DNA from: Squalus acanthias
Taxonomy: Eukaryota
NCBI GenBank assembly: GCA_030390025.1
Contig: CM059432.1
Location: 147,190,001-147,254,000, forward strand
Reading direction: 5' to 3'
DNA: 64,000 nt
This document shows positions 51,022 to 62,392 of this stretch, one piece after another. Every line of letters starts with the position of its first letter. Within the stretch, counting starts at the first letter, position 1. The translations under genes were made by a program, and so were the position numbers. Under the pieces are notes generated by a model that did no database searches, was not told the DNA's origin, and saw only the letters and a list, made by a program, of their open reading frames with translations.

Positions 51022-52815
51022 ATAAAGTCATAGAGTCACAGAGTCATTACGGCATAGAAGGAGGCCATTCGGCCCATCGAGTCCATGCCGGCTCTCTGTA
51101 GAGCAATGCAGTCAGTCCCATTCCCCCGCTCAATCCCCGTAGCCCTGCAAGTTTATTTCCCTCAAGTGCCTATCCAATTTCCTTTTGAAATCATTGATCG
51201 CCTCCGCTTCCACCACCCTCATCGGCAGCGAGTTCCAAGTCATTACCACTCGCTGCATAAAATAGTTCTTCCTCACATCCCCCCTGTATCTCTTGCCCAA
51301 AACCTTAAATCTTTGTCCCCTAGTCCTTGTACCATCAATTAATGGGAACAGCCTTTCTCTGTCGACCTTATCCAAACCTGTCATAACCTTATACACCTCT
51401 ATCAAATCTCCCCTCAACCTCCTTTGCCCCAAGGAGCACAGCCCCAGCTTCTCCAACCTAACTTTGTAGCTAAAATCCCTCATCCCTGGAACCATTCTGG
51501 TAAATCTCCTCTGCACCCTCTCAAGGACCTTCACATCCTTCCTAAAGTGTGGTGACCAAAACTGGACGCAATACTTTAGTTGCAGCCTAACCAGAGCTTT
51601 ATAAAGGTTCAGCATAACTTTCCTGCTTTTGTCTTCAATACCTCTATTTATGAAGCCCAAGATCCCATATGCTTTGCTAACCACTCTCTCAATATGTCCT
51701 GCCACCTTCAAAGATCTATGCACATGAACCCCCAGGTCCCTCTGTTCCTGCACACTCTTTATACTGTGCCATTCAGTGTATGTTGCCTATCCCAATTCCT
51801 TCTGCCAAAATGCATCACCTCACACTTCTCTGTATTAAATTCCATCTGCCACTTGTCTGCCCATTCTGCTAGCCTTTCTATGTCCTGTTGTAGTCGATTG
51901 GTATCCTCCTCACTGTTTGCCACACCCCCAAGTTTGGTATCATCGGCAAATTTAGAAATTCTACTCTGTATTCCAATATCTAGGTCATTTATATATATCA
52001 AAAAAAGCAGTGGCCCCAGCACTGACCCTTGAGGAACACCACTGTCTACCATCCTCCAGTCTGAAAAACAGCCATTTACCACAACTCGCTGTTTTCTGTT
52101 CTTAAGCCAATTTCTTATCCAAGCTACACTGACCCACCTATTCCATGAGCCTCAATTTTGTTAACCAGCCTTTTATGTGGTACTTTGTCAAATACTTTCT
52201 TAAAATCCATATAGACAACATCCACTGCATTCCCTTCAATTAGATTAGTCAAACATGATCTGCCTTTTACAAATCCGTGCTGGCTCTCCTTAATTAACTT
52301 AAACCTCTCCAAGTGCCTGTTAATTTTTTTCCCTGATTATTGTTTCTAAATAAAACCTTACCCACCACTGATGTTAAACTGTAGTTACTAGGATTATACC
52401 CTTTCTTGAACAATGGTGTCACAATTGCCACTTTCCAATCCTCTGGCACCTCCCCCGTATCGCGGGAAGATTGGAGGATTATGGCAAGCCCTTCCATTAT
52501 CTCCACCCCCACTTCCCTTAGCAACCTGAGATGCAAGCCATCCGGACCAGGCGACTTATCCATTCTAAGCATACCCAGCCTTTCCAGTGCATCCTGCCTA
52601 TCAATTTTCATCCCATCCATTACATCTATCATCTCCGCTTCTACTGATATTTTGTCAGCATCCTCTTCCTTAGTAAACACCGATACAAAGTACTCATTGA
52701 GTATTCTAGCCTTGCCCTGCACCTTTATGCATATATCACCTTCTTTGTCTGTAATAAGCCCCACCCCGCCTCTTACTACTTGCTTACTATTTACATACCG
52801 GTAGAAGATTTTTTG
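51022..52815 (-). mobile_element. CR1 LINE, decayed
   Basis: KSPGPDGLH, QHGFVKGRSCLTNL, GVPQGSVLGPLLF..KFADDTKL; (GAGTCATA) tail. Confidence 0.95.
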
Positions 52816-55046
52816 AGAGCTTCTTTTACAAGTGTCGTAAGCTTCCTGTTACACTTATGTCCACTTCCACTGGACATCCTTCTTGAGGAGCACGTGCAAT
52901 GGAGCTAACATGGTCACTAACTCAGGTAAGAAATGTGCATAGTACTGGACCATTCCAAGGAAAGAGCTTAACTCAGACACATTCTGTGGCTTTGGAGCAT
53001 TGATGACAGCATCAACCTTTTCCTTAACTGGTTGCAAGCCATTTGCATCAACTTTCAGACCAAGGTACACAACCTCGGGCTGCACAAAAGCACATTTGCT
53101 CCTTTTCAATTTGACATTGTGGAAATTCAACCTTTGAAGCACTAAATCTAACACTTCTAGATTTTCTTCCTCGCTGCTTGTTGCGATCAGCACATCGTCT
53201 TGATTGCATAAGCAATTTGGAATTCCTTGCAAAATCTTATCCATCGTAGCCTGGAAGATTTTGGGGGAGGACTTTACACCATACGGCAGCTTGGTGTATG
53301 AGTACAGTCCCTTGTGTGTGTTGATGGTGAGATACTGTTGACTCTCTTTGTCAACATTCAGTTGAGCGTAAGCGTGCGACAGGTCAAGCTTAAAAAGAAA
53401 ACCTTTGACCCAGAGAGTGCTGCATACAAATCTTGTGATGTAGGTAACGGGTACTGCTCATCGTCAGCTGCTTGGTTGATAGTAACTTTGTCATCACTGC
53501 ACAAGCGTACAGTTTTGTCTACTTTGTGCACTACCACAATCGAGGTAGCCCATTCACTTTTATCAGTTTTTACTAGCACTCCGTTCTCTCTCAGTTTCTC
53601 TAGCTCTTCCTCCACCTGACTTTTCAATGCATAGGGGACCGGCCTTGCCTTATAATAGACAAGCTTCACGTTGGACTTGATGCGGATATGCGCGTCATAT
53701 AAAGTGATGCCCTCACAACTGTTTGAGAACATGCTTTTATACTTGTTCAGCATTGTGTCGAGTCGCTTCTTGGAAGCATCTACACTGAAGATGTTTTTCC
53801 AGTCTAGTTTTAACTTTCTCAACCAATCTTTTCCCATGAGGGTTGGCCTGTTGTTGTAGCTCACTACAATAATAGGCAGCTTTACTGACTGGCCATTGTG
53901 CTGAACTGTACATTCCATTTGTCCACATGTCTCTAGGATTTCTCCGGAGTAGGTTTTTAACTCTACGGTACTCTTTGTAAGTGGTATTTGATTAAACTTA
54001 CTCTCATATGTGTCCTTACTCATGATAGAGCAGTCCGCCACTGTGTCGACACATATTTCAATATATTGGTCATTGATTAAAAGTTTTGTACGGAATTCTT
54101 TCTCACGACTGCTGGTGTTACCGCTAGTGGCATAGATACTGTAGATGCCTAGTTCTTCAACATCAGATGTGTTCACTTCAATATTGTGAATTCCTCCCTT
54201 TTGTTGTCGCTGCTTTGCATTGCCACTAGAATGGTTCTTACTTCCTGCTTTCGATCTAGCTCTGCAAGCTGTTGAAATATGGCCTTGCTTCTGGCAGTGA
54301 AAACACTTCACATTTCTGTATTGGCAGGACTGTGGTGAGTGATTTCCATTGCAGCGATAACAATTCACTGAACTGCTCTCACCAACATGCTTTTGACTTG
54401 GTCTCACAGCTTTAGGTTTGGTGATGGCTTTGTGACTGTAGACCTCAGCTGCACTAGTCACTTGAATTGGACGGAGCTCCCGAGCATTCTTAGACACCAT
54501 CTCCATTGATAGGACAATTTTGCATGCTCTGTCAAACGTTAGGTTCGGAGTGTTCAGTAACTTGGACTGTGCGCTCATCCACCAGTCCACACACAAACTT
54601 ACCTCGTAACGCACGATCCAAAAATGTGCCGAAGTTACAATGCAAAGACAGGTTCTTAAGAGCTACAATGTAATCACTGATGGTTTCACTTTGTTTTTGG
54701 TTTCTGATACCAAACTTATAGCTCTCTGCTATTTCTAATGGCTTTGGGTCAAAATGGTCCTCGAGTTTCTCGACAATGTCTTCAAACAACGCATCCTTCG
54801 CTTTCCCTGGCGCGAGTAGGTTTGTCAACGTTCCGTAGACATCTGGCCCGATCGCCGCTAGAAAAATTGCTTTTTCACGTTCACGATTACTTTATTTTGA
54901 GCTTGAACATTCTCATCTGCACCTTCGGTCTCAGTAATGTTATTGGGCCTTAAAAACATCTCCATCCGCTCAATGTAAGAACTAAATGGTTTCCGAGCTT
55001 GGTCATACATGCCGAGGCTTCCGATGAATCCCATAGGCACGGCCAT
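52816..55046 (-). pseudogene. Gypsy gag-protease-RT pseudogene
   Basis: Gag YIERMEMF..AESYKF..R.Q..ETISDYIVALK; zinc knuckles CYRCNGNH..C and CFHCQKQGHISTAC; protease VDTVADCS; RT ARPVPYAL, WATSIVVV, NQDDVLI, YLG; frameshifts. Confidence 0.92.
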
Positions 55047-55182
55047 GATTGTCCCGATCCTGTCGAACAGTGACTCAGTACGCTACCTGTGTACCATAAA
55101 CTTTTCCACTCAAAGGTTGAACACTGTGTCCTTCTGTGATCCCTAAAAATGGCTTTGGGATCCCTATTCTCGTCGCCAAAAA

Positions 55183-55318
55183 TGTAATATATGTGGGTAG
55201 AACAAATGAAGGACAGAGACAGGATGAATTGCTAATCAAGGTGCTTGTTTACTAGACCAGAGCGAACTGAGCATGCTCATGCTAAACCATGTGACAAACC
55301 ATGTGCTAATACATAGCA
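55183..55318 (-). repeat. Short (136 bp) Gypsy 5' LTR
   Basis: TGCTATGTA...TATATTACA followed after 4 nt by the PBS TGGCGACGAG. Confidence 0.75.
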
Positions 55319-55323
55319 ATGGT

Positions 55324-55612
55324 CATAAGAATTAGAAGCAGGAGTAGGCTATATGGCCCCTCAAGCCTGCTCCGCCATTCAATAAGATCATGGCTGATCT
55401 TCAACCTCAACTCATTTTCCTGCCCGATCCCCATATCCATTGATTCCTCTGGAGTCCAAAAATCTATCGATCTCAGCCTGGAATATACTCAATGACTCAG
55501 CACTTTGGGGCAGAGAATTCCAAAGATTCACAACCCTCTGAGTGAAGAAATTCCTCCTCATCTCAGTCTTAAAAGGCCAGCCCCCATTCCTGAGACTATG
55601 CCCCCACTCATT
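55324..55612 (-). mobile_element. CR1 3' fragment
   Basis: GHSLR..FKTEMRRNFFTQRVVNLWNSLP; 3' UTR. Confidence 0.9.
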
Positions 55613-56387
55613 TACATGAATAATGGGCTTAAGACACAGCATAAACTATCATCTAACTACATCTAAGGGAAAGGGTAAGAGCATTCCTCTTATGCATGTG
55701 AGAGCAAATAGATTCATCAACCAGAAGTTCAGAACCACACACAGAACAACCATCATTTTCCAAATACAGGAAACTCTTTGGTATCCGGCACCTACGGGAC
55801 CGGGATGGTGCCGGTTGATTAAAAATTCCGGATAACGGAGAGGGTTATCTACCAAGGCTATTTTTAATAAACAAAGGGGGAAAAATTCAGTTGGTTGCGC
55901 CTCCCGTTAGCGCCTTAAGAGGGCGCTAATGGGGCGTTAAGCCGCTAACGCCCGGGCGCAGCGCTGTTTGCGCCGCTCGAGAACTTAACTTGAGATTGTG
56001 CGGCGGCGCTAAAACTTACCGCTGCGACCACCTGCGCGCGCAGATTGTGACGTTATTCCATGGTGCAACGCCCTTGGGGCGCCCCGGAGCGGAAATTGAG
56101 TGGCGCCCCCTGCCTTACCGCCTGGCGCTTCCAACGACCGGAAGACTGGAACATTATCAATCGGTGTGGGGCTGGGGGGGGCGCTATTTAAAGGGGGCCT
56201 CTTCCTGTCTTTTTCTGTGGTCGACATTTATGCACCACTCGTTCTGAGAGAGAGAGAGAGATTCGGAGAGAGAGAGAGAGAGACTTCTACATTGACTCAA
56301 CGCTTTGTGAGGTAGTTTGGCCTAGTTCATCCTAACTTTGCTGCTACTTTAGTTGCTGTACCTCATTACTTTTCTGGCAAAGAGAAT

Positions 56388-57548
56388 ATGGGGGCTGCAA
56401 TGATTGGGGGTGTCGTCCTGCTCCAGCTCAATCGGAGGATAGTGAGACGCAGACAGAGAGTGGCAATGATGGCCAGACGGAGGAGGGCCATCAGGCGCAT
56501 GTACAGGAGAGCTTACCCTCCCAGGGTATATCGTGAACAGCTCTCCTACATCCATATGTCCGAGGAGCTGTGTTTGCGAAGGCTGCGATTCAGCAAGGAG
56601 GTGGTCACTGAGCTCTGCCACCTGCTGCAGCCAGATCTGCAGCCTCAGCTGAGGTCCAGGACGTCTCTGTCGGTGGCAGTGAAGGTCACAGTGGCTTTGA
56701 ACTTCTACGCCACTGGCTCATTCCAAGCTGCTGTTGGGGACCTCGCCAATATCTCCCAGTTTGCGGTGCATCGCTGCATCCGGCAGGTCACCAATGCCCT
56801 CTTCAGAAGGAGACGAGACTTCATCTCTTTCCCTATGACCCCAGACAAGCAGCATGACCGTGCTATGGGCTTTGCGAGGGTAGCGGGCTTCCCCATGGTG
56901 CAGGGCGCCATTGACTGCACGCATGTGGCTTTGCGTGCTCCGCGAGAGAATGCAGAGGAATTCAGGAACAGAAAGGGGTTCCATTCCTTGAATGTGCAGT
57001 TGGTCTGTGACCACAGACAGGTGATTCTCGCTGTCAATGCCCACTATCCGGGCAGCTGCCACGATGCTTTCATCCTGCGCCAGACTACTGTGGCAGAACT
57101 TTTCGAGGCACCGCATCAGCCAGTTGGTTGGCTTCTGGGGGACAAGGGGTACGCATTGAGCACCTGGCTGATGACACCGCTCCGTGCGCCAAACACCCCT
57201 GCTGAGCTGCGGTACCAGGAAAGCCATCAAGCAACCAGGAACATTATTGAGCGCACAATCGGCGTGCTGAAACAACGGTTCCGCTGTCTGGACCATTCCG
57301 GAGGAGCCCTGCAGTACTCGCCTGAGCAAGTTTCGAACTTCGTAGTCGTGTGCTGCATGTTGTACAACATGGCAATCCTCAGGACCCAGCCAATGCCACC
57401 AGGCCTTGCAGCACCACCAGAGGAGGAGGAGGAAGAGGAGGAACAGGACGAGGACGATGATCATCAGCAGCACCAAGGCAGGAGGGCGGCCCACAATGGT
57501 CAAACTGCAAGGGCCGTCCGTCAACGACTAATAGCAAGCCGCTTCTAG
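56388..57548 (+). CDS. Harbinger DDE transposase (HARBI1-like), 386 aa, intact
   Basis: GAIDCTHV (D), FRNRKGFHSLNVQLVCD, YPGSCHDAFIL, WLLGDKGY (D), TRNIIERTIGVLKQRFRCL (E), CCMLYN; no stops. TE-encoded, not the host HARBI1 gene. Confidence 0.95.
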   Translation: MGAAMIGGVVLLQLNRRIVRRRQRVAMMARRRRAIRRMYRRAYPPRVYREQLSYIHMSEELCLRRLRFSKEVVTELCHLLQPDLQPQLRSRTSLSVAVKVTVALNFYATGSFQAAVGDLANISQFAVHRCIRQVTNALFRRRRDFISFPMTPDKQHDRAMGFARVAGFPMVQGAIDCTHVALRAPRENAEEFRNRKGFHSLNVQLVCDHRQVILAVNAHYPGSCHDAFILRQTTVAELFEAPHQPVGWLLGDKGYALSTWLMTPLRAPNTPAELRYQESHQATRNIIERTIGVLKQRFRCLDHSGGALQYSPEQVSNFVVVCCMLYNMAILRTQPMPPGLAAPPEEEEEEEEQDEDDDHQQHQGRRAAHNGQTARAVRQRLIASRF

Positions 57549-57842
57549 GGCCCCTGCCATTGCTACAAACACGAATCAACCCAGCACGCAACCCCTAAGC
57601 CGGCCAAGGCACCAATAATTCCAACCACCAGCCATGTATATTTTGAATACAGAAACTTATTTATTGTACAAACTCTGTGTGTGTCAATTCCTCATGACAA
57701 ACTCATAGAAATAAACACAAAAAAACAGTCAATAACATAACTGGTTCTCACAACCTGGAGATAATGTCCAAAACACTAAACAAAAGTTGGGCCATGAACC
57801 TCGGCCTTTAATAAAAAAATGACCAGCATTTTGGCACACCTC

Positions 57843-59718
57843 CTACTTTTTGCCCTTGGAGGGTGATCTCCTTCCCTTGCGCACGTCCCCCCTTCTAACC
57901 CTACTGCTCCTCCGTAATGGGACCTCAGTGGCTGCAGCAAGGCTGGTGGAAGGCTGCTGCTCGTCAGACCCTGACACTGCAGATGCCCCTGAAGGACGGC
58001 CTCTACCACTTCTGGGCCTGGAGGGCCCGGCTGCAGACTGCACCAACTCTGCATGGGCGGCAGCAGTCTGTCCTACAGGCGGTGGCAAGCGCAGTGGAGA
58101 AGTGACAGTGTTGGCAGCAGGAATGCTGTCATCGTGAGAGAGGACAGCAACTCCCTGCTCGCCCGACACACTGGCACTCCCACGGGGCAGCACTTCAGCA
58201 TCCGGAGCAATTTGCCGGAGAGCAGATTGCTGGCCTGCTGCGGCGCGGTGACAGCCCCGGGGACATGTGCACGAACCATCGAGGATGGCAGCAGTCAGTG
58301 CTCGCGTGGCCTCAATCTGAGTCTGCATGAGAGCAGTCTCAGATGGGTTCCTGGCAGCCAGTGACTGAATTGCAGCACTAAGCTTTAGTGTGGCATCCGC
58401 CTGTGCTACAGCGAAGTGCTCCACACTCCTTGCCAGTGCCTCAATGCATTCGGGCACCCTTCCCACTGCACCCATGAGCTCAGTGTGCATGCCCACCGCC
58501 TGGCTGTTCATTTCTGCAATCAGCCGCTCCTCCTCTGCGTCCATTGCAGTAGGAGTGTCTGGCATACTCTCCCTCTGGGGAGAAGGCTCCCGTTCTTCCC
58601 TCCCCCCCCATGGCGTTGCTGCAGCCCGCTGGGTCCTGGAGCTTCACCATCATCAGCCCCTTCCCCCCTGCTCCCCTCCGGGGAAGGCGTGTTCCCAGTG
58701 TGGCCATGGGCTTCCTCGGGAGAGGGTGGCACTGATGCTCCGGCTTCCTCTTCCTCCTCAGCTGCAGCATCACTCCCAGTGGCAGCTTCAGGGCCCGTCT
58801 CCTCAGCTGGTGAATCACCATCTGAAAGCAGGGAGGTACAAGAGTGGCTTTAGCGTGAGGACAGGGTGGCAGTAAGGGAGGAATAAGTGCAGCGAGTTAG
58901 CAAGTTGGATTGAAAGTGTCAAAGGCTGGTATTGTGAGGGACAAGTGGAAGGACAGAGGACAAAAAGGTGATGACCTTACCATTGCTGTCCACAACGGGG
59001 TCGGCGTCCCCAGTGGCGACGGGACCGATCACCCGGCTTGCCACAATCCTGTGGACGCGCTCCTCCAGATCGCTGAGGGGTTGCAGCTGAAGCTGCCCTC
59101 CACCCGTCCGTTGCTGCTGTCTCCGATTATGAGCCAGCTTAGCCTGCAAGAAAAAGGACAGCATCTGAGTAAATATACAGCCATGGTCTTGCCTGATGTG
59201 CCTCCCATAGGTGAATAGCCCTTACAATATGCAGCCATGGTCTTGCCTGATGTGCCTCCCATAGGTGAATAGCCCTTACAATATGCAGCCATGGTCTTGC
59301 CTGATGTGCCTCCCATAGGTGAATAGCCCTTACTGTATGCAAAGTGTGGAATGTGTGTGTGTGTTTGATGAAAGGGCCATAGGTGTTGCATGAGTGTTGT
59401 GCATTGGGGTTTTAAGACCCTCTGGCCATATAGTGAGGTTGAGATGGAGGGATGGAGAGGTATTGAGAAAAAGCCACTCACCCTGACGACCCGAGTGAGG
59501 TCGTTGAATTTTTTGCGGCACTGAACATGGGTCCTGGGCACCATGCTCCTGGAGGAGACGCTCTGAGCCACCTCCCTGCACACTCTTCTGAACTCGCGTG
59601 GCAAAGGCCTCCTGCCACTCTCTGGGAACAGCATGCATCGTCTGCGCTCCACTGCGCCAACCAGAGCATCCAAGGCCCGCTCGGTGAAGCGATGAGCGCG
59701 TTCTCTCACCCTCTCCAT
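57843..59718 (-). CDS. Harbinger Myb/SANT DNA-binding partner; exons 59718-59482, 59143-58981, 58821-57843; one frameshift at G8 58602-58609
   Basis: MERVRERAHRFTERALDALVGAVERRR..PRTHVQCRKKFNDLTRVVR|GTGAGT; TTGCAG|AKLAHNRRQQQRTGGG..|GTAAGG; TTTCAG|. Phases 0 and 1 are consistent; adding one G gives a 459-aa ORF. Confidence 0.85.
59176..59340. repeat. 54-bp tandem repeat x3 in intron 1 of the Myb gene
   Basis: CAGCCATGGTCTTGCCTGATGTGCCTCCCATAGGTGAATAGCCCTTAC.. occurs three times. Confidence 0.95.
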
Positions 59719-61704
59719 GCTTGGCAGCAAAATGGATTACAGGTCTCTCCAGGCTGAGATTCAAGGCTGCAATGAGCAGGGTGTGGCTGGGGAGCAAGTG
59801 GCCCCCCCCGCTTTAAGAAGTGTCCGGCGCCAGTGTGTCTGTGTTCCCTCGCTAACTGGCAGCAGCTGCGCTGCGCTCGTGCGCTGAGGTAGCGCCTCAC
59901 TCCTAGGCCTTTGCGCCTTAAGACAGGTGTGCAGCGCCTAATTTAGCGCTCCACTCACCTCCCGGGGCGGTAAAAGTGAAGTTTCCTGTCAGTGCCGATA
60001 ATTAGCGCCAGGCGCTAATATTTGCGCTCGGACGATATTTGCGCCCCAAATGGGGCGCGACCTAATTTCTACCCCAAAGAGTCAGACTCCTGTTATTGAG
60101 GTGTTTGGACTTCCGCCAGCGCCAAGAAGCCGAGTCGTGGCAGTTACTACCCCCACTGACTTACTCGGCCACCGCGGGAGACTCGGACTCGGCAACATTT
60201 CCGGTTATTGAGGTGTTTTCGGAGTATGAATTTTGCTGGTTAATAGAGAATTCTGGATATTTAGGTGCCGTTTAAACGACAGTTTCCTGTACAGCTTATT
60301 TCAGAAGTTTCTGCAGAAACTGGATGTGAAATTTGGCTCGTTCCCGCCGGCTGATGAAGCCGGTTTGGGTGAAAAAATGGCGGTCGCCTCATTTCCGCTT
60401 GCTTCCGGCGTGGAACACGGTGGCCGCCATTTTGGGAAGGTCGGCATTGCTGCCGTTGCCTGCACTTGCTCCAGATATCCAACGCTGAATTGACGCACGA
60501 CCTGCTATTTTGGACGTCGCCGCTCCTTTTAACGCCCTCTGCGGAGCACGCGCAGCAGAACGTGCGTTCAGCAGTACAACGGACCCCCTACCAGCGCTTC
60601 TTAAAGGGACACACACAACTTTCAGGTAAGTTTAGATTTTTGCTTTTGTACTGGTTTCTTTACATTTTATTGGAGTAGTGGCTTGGTGGAAGACATTTAA
60701 AAAGTTGTTGAAGTGTGAGGGGAGAGCGGGGAGTGCTGCTGGATGATTGCAAGGCTTTGGCTCTTAAAGGAAGCCTCTGAGAACACCACTTGCTACCAGA
60801 GAGAAAAGCACAAGAAAGAATACAAAGCTGAACATTGTACGCAGACATGTTTATAGAGTTGTTGAAGTTTTTTCGATTGAAGGTGTAATTAAAACATAAA
60901 TTCTATCTTTATTAAAATGCCTGACTGCTGGCATATCAATTCATTCTTAGCACTGTGGAACGCTGGTAGTGGGAATGAATCGTTAACTCAACTCAGACAT
61001 TAATATAATGCTGCAAATGATGGGACACAGTGTAAGACTAGACCTGTGGCTTTTTTAATTTTGGGTTCCATGGCATAGAAATTGGACATCGACAGAAACC
61101 TACTGATGGCACCGCGGCCTCGGGCTTACGGCCGCTGAAAATGGCCGCAGGGCTACCGGGCAAAAATTCGCGCTGGAGGCTGGAGATTCATAGCGCAGCG
61201 CTAACTTACCACGTAACGCCCTCCTGGTGGCGTTAGTGGAGGCATCCGACCTGAAGTTCCCATCCAGAGGCAGCGTGGCAGCTTCTCCCAGCCTCTGGGA
61301 GCCAGGCTGTGGAGTTCGCAAGGAATTGTGAGCAATTAAAAGGGCTATGAATTAAAGGGGCAATGCATTCAAAACTAATAAAAATTAAAATGCAGTAAAA
61401 AAAAATGCAGTTTTTCAGCCCTTACTGCCTTTCATTAAACAAATGACCATTAAAAAGAAGTCCCAAATGGGATTCTTCAGCACTTAAAGCTGAATTCCCT
61501 TCCAAACCTCAAAAAATGGGAAAAATGCTTCCGCTCTAACACAAATGGCTCAGCAAGCCAGGGAAGGGGCACACTGCAAGAGAGGTCCTCTACCCACAGG
61601 GGCCAGGAGGCCCTCCAGAAAGAAGGATGTGGGACCAGATCACCGAGGCCGTCACTGCCAGCAGTGTCGCCCCCACCACCTGGCTCCAGTACCCAAAGAA
61701 GCCT

Positions 61705-62392
61705 CATGACCTCAGACTGCCTACTTCCACCTCCGTAACATCACCTGACTCCAACCCTGCCTTGGTTCATCTGCTGCTGAAACCCACATCCATGCATTTG
61801 TAACCTCTAGACTTGACTATTCCAACACACTCCTGGCCGGCCTCCCATCTTCCACCCTCCATAAACTTGAGCTCATCCAAAACTCTGCTGCCCGTGTCTT
61901 AAAATGCATCAATTCCCCTTCACCCATCACCCCAGTGCTTGCTGACCTACACTGGCTGCCAGTCCGGCAACGTCTCAATTTTAAAATTCTATCCTTATCT
62001 TCAAATCCCTCCATGGCCTCGCCCCTCCCTCCCAATCTCTGTAACCTCCTCCAGCCCTACAAGCCTCCGAGATCTCTGCGCTCCTCCAATTCTGGCATCT
62101 TGCGCAATCCCCGATTTTAATGGCTCCACCACTGGCGGCCGTGCTTTCAACTGCCTGGGCCCTAAGCTCTGGAATCCTCTCGCTAAACCTCTCCGCCGCT
62201 CTACCTCTCTCTCAACTTTTAAGCTGCTCCTTAAAACCTACCTCTCTGACCAAACTTTTGGTCATCTGGCCTAATATCTCCTTATGTGGCTCGGTGTCAA
62301 ATTTTGATTGATAATCGCTCCTGTGAAGCGCCTTGGGAGGCTTTTGCTAAGTTAAAGGTGCTATAGAAATGCAAGTTGTTGCTGTTGTCGTT
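61705..62392 (+). mobile_element. L2-clade LINE 3' end
   Basis: HAFVTSRLDYSNTLLAGLP..LADLHWLP..GGRAFNCLGPKLWN..FKLLLKTYL; (TTG)n-like tail. Confidence 0.92.

Larger units (their letters stand above)
46984..55318 (-). mobile_element. Decayed Ty3/Gypsy LTR retrotransposon, interrupted by CR1 and Harbinger
   Basis: 5' LTR 55183-55318, PBS TGGCGACGAG 55169-55178, gag from 55046, RT, integrase tail; 3' LTR not seen. Confidence 0.9.
55876..60075. mobile_element. Near-intact autonomous PIF/Harbinger transposon, 4200 bp
   Basis: TIRs GGGGGAAAAATT / AATTTCTACCCC; 3-bp TSD AAA; convergent transposase and Myb/SANT genes. Confidence 0.95.
55767..60289. mobile_element. Tc1/mariner (Tigger/pogo-like) MITE, ~320 bp, split by the Harbinger
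   Basis: TA-flanked on both sides; TIRs CAGGAAACT-N10-CGGCACCTA at both ends. Confidence 0.7.

Noticed and set aside
56308..56350. let-7-like TGAGGTAGT
   Set aside because: The match ends after 9 nt, there is no convincing pre-miRNA hairpin, and it lies in the transposase leader.
56718..57524. 268-aa antisense ORF with hydrophobic stretch
   Set aside because: Shadow of the transposase; the hydrophobic run is the reverse complement of the GAG-rich acidic tail.
56388..57548. Host domesticated HARBI1 gene
   Set aside because: Flanked by TIRs and a TSD, paired with a Myb partner, and has decayed paralogs nearby; it is a transposon.
60351..60375. Hammerhead-like CTGATGA...GAAA
   Set aside because: Stem II does not pair convincingly and no stem I/III is evident.
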